Source: an uncultured virus (IMG/VR IMGVR_UViG_3300033149_000238) | Lineage: Duplodnaviria > Heunggongvirae > Uroviricota > Caudoviricetes | Direction: 5' to 3' (one strand) | Virus record (IMG/VR): IMGVR_UViG_3300033149_000238 | DNA length: 20,000 bases | Shown: piece after piece, positions 8,673 to 15,084 of the stretch | Position numbering within the stretch: position 1 is the first letter of the stretch | Layout of the letters: each line of letters begins with the position of its first letter | The notes under the pieces: generated by a model | What the model was told of the DNA's origin: nothing | Seen by the model: the letters and a program-made list of their open reading frames with translations, nothing else | Database searches by the model: none | Position numbers and translations under genes: made by a program

Positions 8673-9233
8673 TTATAATTCAAACGTTTCTTCTTCAAGG
8701 ACTTCTTCAGCTTCAGCCTTTACTTCATCCTCTTCATTTACTTCATCAACCTCTTGGTTATCAACTGTATCAAATGCCTCCTCTGGTGTAGCATTCTGTA
8801 CTATCTTAGCTTCAGTAACTAAACCATTAGCTTCTCTAATGTCTTGACCATTAGTGTGTGCTATTAGCGTGTCTTCAGCTGTAGTATCAGGTGTAAATAT
8901 TGTTTTCCTATAAATAGGTTGACCATCTACACAGCATACAATACCTGTATCTCCTGCATATTTAAGATCTCTGTCAGGATTAGTAGAGTTAAATGGCTCT
9001 AAGCTCTCCTTGATTACAATTTTACCGTTTAGTACTTGGTTTGCTTTCCAGTTCATAGACTGTAAGTCTTCTAGTTTACCTGGAATTAGAGCTGATAAGT
9101 TCATAGGTCTTAAGAAACCGTTGCTTCCAAATCCTACTCTCTTTTGTGTTACTCTAGCATATCCATACTCTGAGTTGTTTTCTGATTGACGGATAGCATT
9201 ACCCATCTCATCTGCGTTAATGATTACTTGCAT
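8673..9233 (-). CDS. Hypothetical protein with acidic tail (possible nucleic-acid-binding protein)
   Basis: 186 aa; GDTGIVCCVDGQPIYR core; tail ends EEETFEL. Confidence 0.75.
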   Translation of the reverse strand: MQVIINADEMGNAIRQSENNSEYGYARVTQKRVGFGSNGFLRPMNLSALIPGKLEDLQSMNWKANQVLNGKIVIKESLEPFNSTNPDRDLKYAGDTGIVCCVDGQPIYRKTIFTPDTTAEDTLIAHTNGQDIREANGLVTEAKIVQNATPEEAFDTVDNQEVDEVNEEDEVKAEAEEVLEEETFEL

Positions 9234-9274
9234 TTTTAAAAAATTTATAAATTAATAATTGATTTTATTGATGA

Positions 9275-9541
9275 TTAAATATCATCTGAATGGAAATACG
9301 GGTCATCAAGTTTTTCAAAAGCATTAATCTCATCCAAAGCTGGCTCAAATTCTTCTATGAATTCTACTGCAATCTCTGGTGGTTGTGTTCTATTAATGCT
9401 ACTGTTATAAAATGGATTACCCACATCTTTAGTATATGCTGAACTCAGACCATTAAGGTCATTGTACTCATCATCTGTCAATGCTAAGTACTGCTCTAGT
9501 GAGCATTCTATTATTCTGCCATTGGGTAATTGTATAATCAT
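9275..9541 (-). CDS. Hypothetical protein
   Basis: 88 aa (MIIQLPNGRIIECS) directly after a TAnnTTTG box. Confidence 0.75.
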   Translation of the reverse strand: MIIQLPNGRIIECSLEQYLALTDDEYNDLNGLSSAYTKDVGNPFYNSSINRTQPPEIAVEFIEEFEPALDEINAFEKLDDPYFHSDDI

Positions 9542-9559
9542 CTGTTAGAATGTGTCTAA

Positions 9560-9567
9560 CAAAGCTA
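9560..9567 (-). promoter_or_regulatory. Bacteroidetes-type -7 promoter element
   Basis: TAGCTTTG on the - strand, 18 nt upstream of ATG 9541. Confidence 0.6.
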
Positions 9568-9650
9568 TAAAAACTAAACCGTTCTGGCTGAATAATAATT
9601 AGATTTATTAATCTGAATTCAAAAATAAATAGCAGTATAATAGCTAACGT

Positions 9651-9905
9651 CTAAATTATGATTAGCTTTCTACCTACTCTTTTAATATAATTATGTGCTT
9701 TTAACTCTCTAATATATCTACTAACTGTATCAGGAGTGACATTTAGAGTGTCTGCTAACGTTGATAGTGAAGGAAAACATTCTCTATCTTTGTCAGCATA
9801 ACAGGACAATAAACTATATAGTCCTTTTGCTTGTATAGTAAGGCTTGGATCAGTCATTACTTGATGCATAACTATTCCAAACCTATTGTTTTTAATCTTG
9901 TGCAT
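9651..9905 (-). CDS. Helix-turn-helix protein (HTH_36 / phage Rep N-terminal type)
   Basis: LTIQAKGLYSLLSCYAD...CFPSLSTLADTLNVTPDTVSRYIRELKAHNYI. Confidence 0.85.
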   Translation of the reverse strand: MHKIKNNRFGIVMHQVMTDPSLTIQAKGLYSLLSCYADKDRECFPSLSTLADTLNVTPDTVSRYIRELKAHNYIKRVGRKLIII

Positions 9906-10077
9906 GATCTTTTAGTATTCTCAACAGTGACATATTATCATCAGCCTCTGCTGCAAGATCCAGATTTCTTAATGAGTACTTATCATTCATGTACTTACCA
10001 AACTTCCCTTTTATTTTAGGGTCTTTGGTTAGCTTATGATACTCACTAACAATCAGTGCTCTTGATAACTTAGGCAT
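9892..10077 (-). CDS. Hypothetical protein
   Basis: 61 aa, overlapping both neighbours. Confidence 0.6.
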   Translation of the reverse strand: MPKLSRALIVSEYHKLTKDPKIKGKFGKYMNDKYSLRNLDLAAEADDNMSLLRILKDHAQD

Positions 10078-10564
10078 CTAACTCATGTACTATATCAAAA
10101 TACTTGATGTCTTCTTCACGTACTTTGATTAAATCTACAGGTGCAAAGTCATGTTCTACACCTTTGTATAGTTTTTCTTCATCATGATACATCAGTTCTA
10201 CTGTGATCCGTTGATAAAATGGGTCATAGGTTTCTTTATTGTATGATGCATCCTTGATAACCTTACCAAATACATATCCATCTCCTGGATTTAGATTCAT
10301 ATCAGTAAGTATATCCCACTCAAAACCATCTTTGTCTCCTTTATGCCAGTTTGGTGGCTTAACTTTGACATAGTCTCCTGGGAATACTGGTTCATACTTC
10401 TTACCTACACAAGCAAGATGTAATATTAATTCTTTGCTATGATCTGGTAGTTTACCAAGTATGATTTCTTTTATATGTTCACTGTTGTGCTCACATTGTA
10501 TGTTAAACACATTAGTGATAAGCTTATTGAGAACTTCTTCTGCAATATTCAATTTATTATTCAT
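10070..10564 (-). CDS. Hypothetical protein
   Basis: ATG 10564 (MNNKLNIAEE) after AATAATAATTAAC is preferred over the track start 10612, which lies inside a hairpin. Confidence 0.7.
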   Translation of the reverse strand: MNNKLNIAEEVLNKLITNVFNIQCEHNSEHIKEIILGKLPDHSKELILHLACVGKKYEPVFPGDYVKVKPPNWHKGDKDGFEWDILTDMNLNPGDGYVFGKVIKDASYNKETYDPFYQRITVELMYHDEEKLYKGVEHDFAPVDLIKVREEDIKYFDIVHELDA

Positions 10565-10590
10565 GTTAATTATTATTAAGAGATAGAGGA

Positions 10591-10651
10591 CACCAGTAGA
10601 TAAACTAAACAATTTATGAAAGATGTAATTCTAAAAAAAAATCTACTGGTG
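10591..10651. repeat. Inverted repeat in the 5' leader of gene 10070-10564
   Basis: Perfect 11-bp CACCAGTAGAT(10591-10601)/ATCTACTGGTG(10641-10651) with a 39-nt AT-rich loop. Confidence 0.7.
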
Positions 10652-10758
10652 CCATATCAAGGGTTACCACTCTAACCACAATCAATCTTCAAGGCCTAAC
10701 TACAATAGTATTTATATAAATATAATTACTGGTGTTGTTAGTCTATTAATGGTAATAG

Positions 10759-10992
10759 TTATTTAAATAGGTTTTTGATTCTGACCCATAAAGATTCTTT
10801 AGGGACAATACCAAACTGAAAGAATGTTAATTCAAGCATCTCCATCTCTTTCTTGATGTATGCTAATGCTTTATCAGTGAACTCAAGTTCTCCTGTATAT
10901 GTATTTAATTGAAGAGCATCATCCCCAAAATAGAGATGTGCTCTTTCTTCTGCTAAATAATGTATTAATGTTTCTAGTCTATCTGGATCCAT
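10759..10992 (-). CDS. Hypothetical protein
   Basis: MDPDRLETL...; the ATG overlaps the TAA of the upstream lipoprotein. Confidence 0.7.
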   Translation of the reverse strand: MDPDRLETLIHYLAEERAHLYFGDDALQLNTYTGELEFTDKALAYIKKEMEMLELTFFQFGIVPKESLWVRIKNLFK

Positions 10993-11144
10993 TAGCATCT
11001 AGTGTATTTCTGCTTCTTAGCGTTCCAGCATTTCATTTTAGACTGTTTCATTTTGGATGTCTTGCACGATCTAGATGATCCACAAGACTGGATTACGGGT
11101 CCTGCTATAAATAGAAAGACCATAAGGATTATTATTCTTCTCAT
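10992..11144 (-). CDS. Small Cys/Lys-rich lipoprotein (50 aa)
   Basis: Not in track: MRRIIILMVFLFIAGPVIQSC-GSSRSCKTSKMKQSKMKCWNAKKQKYTRC; basic N-region, hydrophobic core and lipobox-like IQSC. Confidence 0.7.
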   Translation of the reverse strand: MRRIIILMVFLFIAGPVIQSCGSSRSCKTSKMKQSKMKCWNAKKQKYTRC

Positions 11145-11149
11145 GATTA

Positions 11150-11341
11150 TTAAGTGTTATAAGATATAGCATACGATATGTATCCTATCTCTTGATTATG
11201 TTTGATTACTTTTAGTGTGTGTTCTGCTCCTTGTCTGGTGCTATGGTAACGTGATTGTCTGTCATAAGGCATACCATTTTGAGTACGACCTATGTAATAA
11301 CCAGCTGATGACCTAAGCACCTTTAATGGTGAAATGTTCAT
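11150..11341 (-). CDS. Small phage protein
   Basis: MNISPLKVLRSSAGYYIG...PYDRQSRY; ATG 11341 after an A-rich leader. Confidence 0.65.
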   Translation of the reverse strand: MNISPLKVLRSSAGYYIGRTQNGMPYDRQSRYHSTRQGAEHTLKVIKHNQEIGYISYAISYNT

Positions 11342-11715
11342 TTGATTATTTATTAAGTGATTGTGCAATATTGCGGGTACTATGTCTATTATCCTATAGA
11401 GGAAGAGACAAGCTAACCTATAACCTGTGGCCTTATTGGTATTGTTGAGTCATTACCACTAGTTATAGTAGTGTTAGCTATATTTATATTATTAGTTGTG
11501 AGAACTTTTTATGTGTGTGTAAAAGTGGTAAATAGTGGGTATATGGACCTAACTCTCACAATGTGACACACATTAATAAGTTTTTTTCTTTTTTTATTAC
11601 TTATTGCAAGCAAATAATAGATTGGGAGCAAAAAGTAGGAAAGAAAGAGAGAAAACTGTAGGATGTGTGTAAGTATTGCTGCAGTAACGTGTAAGTATGG
11701 CCAGAGTGCAAGCAA

Positions 11716-11750
11716 GAGCTGACCTAAGCCAGCTACTCACTCTTCAGCTC
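11716..11750 (-). terminator. Hairpin after the first leftward gene
   Basis: - strand AGCTGGC-TTAG-GTCAGCT followed by CTTGCTT; alternative GAGCTGA/TCAGCTC pairing also possible. Confidence 0.5.
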
Positions 11751-12079
11751 TACGCTTTACAGTAGAACAGGTTCTCCATTACCTCACCGTCACTCCTTAC
11801 AAAGTTAGTGTCACCTACAATTAGTTCAGGTATCTCATCACCTTGTTTGAATTCTTTCTCAAACGTATTCCAAAATGGATTGTCTGCATTCATTGGTAAT
11901 CCCTCATTTGTTTTGGGGCTATAGATTCCGTAGCGTGCATTACTATTATTTCCAATGTTGACTACTTGAGAACCTAACTTAATTTTAGAAGTTCCTGCAG
12001 GTTTGTCTGAAACAATAATTGTTTTGTACTGTGTGCCGTCTGCACGTGTACCTTTGTTGATTTTGTGTAAATAAGCCAT
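11750..12079 (-). CDS. Hypothetical protein, first gene of the leftward arm
   Basis: 109 aa with a strong A-rich leader (AAAACCATTTAAAAATTATAACA-ATG). Confidence 0.8.
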   Translation of the reverse strand: MAYLHKINKGTRADGTQYKTIIVSDKPAGTSKIKLGSQVVNIGNNSNARYGIYSPKTNEGLPMNADNPFWNTFEKEFKQGDEIPELIVGDTNFVRSDGEVMENLFYCKA

Positions 12080-12315
12080 TGTTATAATTTTTAAATGGTT
12101 TTGTGGATTATTACGGGGGGTTCCCCAACCACAAACAAAAGCTGGGGAGCAAATCTGTAGGAGGTTATTAGCACGCTAAACACACAATTTTTTAGGGGGG
12201 ATGGAAAATTTTTTAATCAGGTGGGGGGAAGGTTGGGCTGAATTTATTTTTTTGGGACTCCAAATTTTAGTATATTGTCTGTATAGATGGATTGTAAATA
12301 ACTAAAAAATTAAAG
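12080..12315. promoter_or_regulatory. Divergent intergenic junction with G-runs and A/T tracts
   Basis: Non-coding; gene orientation flips here; G6 at 12115, 12195 and 12223; TCCCCA/TGGGGA inverted repeat at 12122-12148. Confidence 0.6.
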
Positions 12316-12633
12316 ATGTCAAACTGGGAAAATGAGCCAGAACATGATTCTGGACTAAGTGAAATAGAACAAATGCAACTAGATGCAATCATACTTGAGA
12401 CTGCATATAATAATTCCTATTTGGTTTTAACTAATCAAATTACTTTTGAAGATCTTCTCTCTAAGAAGTTTGACACCGGGCATGAAGCAGTCATGGCCTA
12501 TGATCCAGAAGAAGGTCCTACACAAGAGCAGTTGGATAATATGATTCATTACTACATAGGTCTTGAGGAATATGAGAGATGTGCTAAGTTGCAAAGATTA
12601 ATGGATGAAGCGTATCCGCAAATAATAGACTAA
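12316..12633 (+). CDS. Acidic protein with C-terminal UVR (UvrB/UvrC)-like motif
   Basis: LEEYERCAKLQRL resembles the UVR consensus E[DE]YE.AA.LRD. Confidence 0.6.
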   Translation: MSNWENEPEHDSGLSEIEQMQLDAIILETAYNNSYLVLTNQITFEDLLSKKFDTGHEAVMAYDPEEGPTQEQLDNMIHYYIGLEEYERCAKLQRLMDEAYPQIID

Positions 12634-12839
12634 TGGCACTAAAAAAATCAGGGAAAAAGAAAAGCACCGTAAATAGTTCAGGTAACTATACTAAACCGGG
12701 AATGCGTAAAAGATTGTTTAATCAAATCAAAGCTGGAAGCAAAGGTGGTAGACCAGGTCAGTGGTCAGCACGTAAAGCTCAGATGTTAGCTAAAAAGTAT
12801 AAAGCTGCTGGTGGAGGTTATAAAGGTAAAAAGAAATGA
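12633..12839 (+). CDS. Very basic small protein, N-half of a DUF5872-like family
   Basis: YTKPGMRKRL...KGGRPGQWSARKAQMLAKKYKAAGGGY; 21 K+R of 68 aa and no D/E. Confidence 0.75.
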   Translation: MALKKSGKKKSTVNSSGNYTKPGMRKRLFNQIKAGSKGGRPGQWSARKAQMLAKKYKAAGGGYKGKKK

Positions 12840-12985
12840 AAGTAAAAGCACCTAAAGGATATCATTGGATGAAAGCCGGTAAAGGATCTCCTAAATTAAT
12901 GAAGGATCCTAAGACTGGTTATAAAGCTCATCCGGGAGCAAGTAAATCATTTAATTTTGCAATACAAAAAGTACATAAAAAATAA
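12836..12985 (+). CDS. Very basic small protein (49 aa)
   Basis: Not in track: MKVKAPKGYHWMKAGKGSPKLMKDPKTGYKAHPGASKSFNFAIQKVHKK; ATGA and TAATG coupling at its ends. Confidence 0.8.
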   Translation: MKVKAPKGYHWMKAGKGSPKLMKDPKTGYKAHPGASKSFNFAIQKVHKK

Positions 12986-13170
12986 TGCGTAAAAAGATAA
13001 TAATATTTTTTGTATGTTTGTTACTAAGTTCTTGTGGCGTATCTAAGCCGTCATGGGAAAGAGATAAATGCTGTAAAGAAGCAAAGGTCACTCAAAATGA
13101 TCATACTTTTATGGGTATATTATTTTCAGGATTAGTATTATTTAGTTTACACACTTTTACAACAAGATAA
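12985..13170 (+). CDS. Small lipoprotein with a C-terminal hydrophobic segment
   Basis: MRKKIIIFFVCLLLSSC lipobox; FMGILFSGLVLFSL near the C-terminus. Confidence 0.7.
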   Translation: MRKKIIIFFVCLLLSSCGVSKPSWERDKCCKEAKVTQNDHTFMGILFSGLVLFSLHTFTTR

Positions 13171-13433
13171 TGGCTAAAACAAAGCAACAAAAAAGTCTAG
13201 ATAGATGGACTAAGCAGAAGTGGAGAACTCCTTCAGGTAAGAAAAGTTCTGAGACAGGTGAAGTGTATGCACCTGCTAAAACTATATCTAAGCTAAAAGG
13301 AACTAAGAAAGGTAGAAAGAAGCTAGCTGCAGCGAATGCAAAGAAGAGAGCAGCAACAAGAAAAGGTAAACAGCATGCTAGTCATGGCTTACATAAAGGT
13401 AAGAACAGAACTGGGGCTAAGAAAAAGAAATAA
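13170..13433 (+). CDS. Very basic small protein, C-half of a DUF5872-like family
   Basis: QKSLDRWTKQKWRT..G....TGEVY.P...KRAATRKGKQ; about one third K+R. Confidence 0.75.
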   Translation: MAKTKQQKSLDRWTKQKWRTPSGKKSSETGEVYAPAKTISKLKGTKKGRKKLAAANAKKRAATRKGKQHASHGLHKGKNRTGAKKKK

Positions 13434-13434
13434 G

Positions 13435-13896
13435 ATGAGAAAAAGAGAAAAAGCAAGGAAGTGGTTTGCCCATAGAGGTATAAATCCAGATAACACATTT
13501 ACTAATCCAGAAGATAGACAATTCTACAAGTTAGACTTTCCACCAATTCCAGTGAAATATGAGAATGGTCCTTCATTACAATGTCAAATAGATATTATTT
13601 CATTTTTGTTTTATTCTCATGTAACTGTAATGTTTAATGATCCTTCAGGACAAGAGTGGAAATATGAAGGTGGTGCAGGAGGATTAGGTGTTGGAGATAT
13701 TTCTGGAGAAGGTATAATTACTTATGGAGATTTAGATGTATTAACCAAGGCAACTACTTTTGAAGTATCTTTTATAAGTGCTGATGGTGGTGGTACACAA
13801 GTATCTTGGGGATCTAGTGGTAACGCATTTGCTGCTGGTGTTGGTGAAGGCTTTGGAGTCTTTGGTGGCAGTGGTGGATGGTCAAAAGTAGGATAG
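13435..13896 (+). CDS. VapA/VapB-like (R_equi_Vir) beta-barrel protein
   Basis: ISFLFYSHVTV / YEGGAGGL / GIITYGDLDVL / GVFGGSGGW occur colinear with VapA core motifs as recalled; ATG 13435 is 1 nt after the previous stop. Confidence 0.65.
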   Translation: MRKREKARKWFAHRGINPDNTFTNPEDRQFYKLDFPPIPVKYENGPSLQCQIDIISFLFYSHVTVMFNDPSGQEWKYEGGAGGLGVGDISGEGIITYGDLDVLTKATTFEVSFISADGGGTQVSWGSSGNAFAAGVGEGFGVFGGSGGWSKVG

Positions 13897-13898
13897 TT

Positions 13899-14186
13899 AT
13901 GGCAAAGAAAAAAGATCCAAGATTAGCAAGAGCAGGAGTTTCTGGTTATAATAAACCAAAGCGTACTCCAAGTCACCCTACTAAATCTCATGTTGTAGTA
14001 GCAAAAGTAGGGGATAAAATAAAAACAATACGTTTTGGACAACAAGGCGTAAAAGGAGCTGGTAAAAATCCTAAGTCAGCAAAAGATAAAGCTAGAAAGA
14101 AATCATATTATGCTAGACATAATGCACAAGATTCAAGTCCTTCTAAACTTTCAGCAAGATACTGGTCACACAAAGTAAAATGGTAG
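13899..14186 (+). CDS. Very basic small phage protein
   Basis: YNKPKRTPSHPTKSHVVVAK...IRFGQQG...ARH...SARYWSHKVKW; ATG 13899 is 2 nt after the upstream TAG. Confidence 0.75.
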   Translation: MAKKKDPRLARAGVSGYNKPKRTPSHPTKSHVVVAKVGDKIKTIRFGQQGVKGAGKNPKSAKDKARKKSYYARHNAQDSSPSKLSARYWSHKVKW

Positions 14187-14392
14187 GGGTTATTGTTGTA
14201 TTTATATTACTCTGGGTATGGATTGCTCATGAGATAAAGCATGCACCTCTCATAGATGATGATACATATATGGAAAGAGACAAACAATGGTACATAGATC
14301 AGTATAATAGAAACAGATCTCACAAAGATCAAATACAAACTTGGGAACAGTTTAAACAAAAAACAAAGCCCTATGGAAAACAAACCCTATAA
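14180..14392 (+). CDS. Small protein with an N-terminal transmembrane helix
   Basis: MVGVIVVFILLWVWIA; overlaps both neighbours. Confidence 0.55.
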   Translation: MVGVIVVFILLWVWIAHEIKHAPLIDDDTYMERDKQWYIDQYNRNRSHKDQIQTWEQFKQKTKPYGKQTL

Positions 14393-14687
14393 ACCATTAC
14401 CAGACTATCTTACAATAGGTCCTTCAGACATACACGGTGCTGGGATCTTTGCAAAAGAAGATATACCTGCAGGAATAGATATGGGAATCACTCATGTCTA
14501 TGATCCTGAGTTTCAACATGATTACATACGTACTCCACTAGGAGGATTTATAAATCATCATAATGAACCTAACTGTGAATTAGTAGAAGATGATGCAGAT
14601 TTTACATACAAGAAACTAAAAACTCTCCGTAAAATAGAAATGGGTGAAGAAATCACTCTCAAATACAGTTTATATAAATTTAAATAA
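14373..14687 (+). CDS. Minimal SET-domain lysine methyltransferase
   Basis: SDIHGAGIFA (SAM motif I), FINHHNEPNC (NHS-type motif), GEEITLKY (EL..Y); no post-SET cysteines. Confidence 0.9.
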   Translation: MENKPYKPLPDYLTIGPSDIHGAGIFAKEDIPAGIDMGITHVYDPEFQHDYIRTPLGGFINHHNEPNCELVEDDADFTYKKLKTLRKIEMGEEITLKYSLYKFK

Positions 14688-14698
14688 ATATTTTAGTC

Positions 14699-14735
14699 TT
14701 AAACTTTTTTTATTTAAACTATTTATGTATGTTTG
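14699..14735 (+). promoter_or_regulatory. Promoter of the lysis/packaging operon
   Basis: TATGTTTG (14728-14735) matches TAnnTTTG and is preceded by a TTAAACT direct repeat (14699, 14714). Confidence 0.6.
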
Positions 14736-14766
14736 TAAATAGTATTAATTTAAAAACCAATTTAAA

Positions 14767-15084
14767 ATGGCAAACAAGACTATCAAGCTGGATCCTAACG
14801 TAGATCCAAATCAAAAAGAACTTTCTAAAGAAGAAATGGCTGAACGTAGAGAAGAGATTACTAAGTTCTACAAAGACAACATACCACATTTAACTGTTCA
14901 AGCAGAGTATGAAGAATTACTATGTGTTATTGAAGAGTCTAGAGCAAAGAGAATGCAAGCTCAAATGTATTTAGCACAAGCATTTGCAGCCCAAAAAGAA
15001 GGAAACAATAATGTCAGCCCAAATTCTGATGAAGCAAAAGCTTTTAAAGAAGCAATGGAAAATGCTGCAAGTAAAGTAGAATAA
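14767..15084 (+). CDS. Hypothetical coiled-coil protein
   Basis: 105-aa helical ORF with an AAAACCA-N7-ATG start. Confidence 0.8.
   Translation: MANKTIKLDPNVDPNQKELSKEEMAERREEITKFYKDNIPHLTVQAEYEELLCVIEESRAKRMQAQMYLAQAFAAQKEGNNNVSPNSDEAKAFKEAMENAASKVE

Noticed and set aside
6116..10019. Track ORFs 6116+, 6449-, 8191+ and 9831+
   Set aside because: Antisense or alternate-frame ORFs nested within better-supported genes.
11509..11715. 68-aa hydrophobic ORF on the - strand
   Set aside because: Non-ATG start, and its composition comes from low-complexity purine/pyrimidine tracts; treated as non-coding, though not excluded.
10565..12315. tRNA genes or a CRISPR mini-array in the intergenic gaps
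   Set aside because: No cloverleaf or T-loop consensus found and no repeat-spacer periodicity; only two short direct repeats.
13336..13434. Upstream extension of the VapA-like ORF
   Set aside because: Overlaps the preceding gene by about 100 nt; ATG 13435 directly follows its stop.
14180..14392. Holin call
   Set aside because: A single TM helix and proximity to the endolysin are insufficient, and it lies in a different predicted transcription unit.
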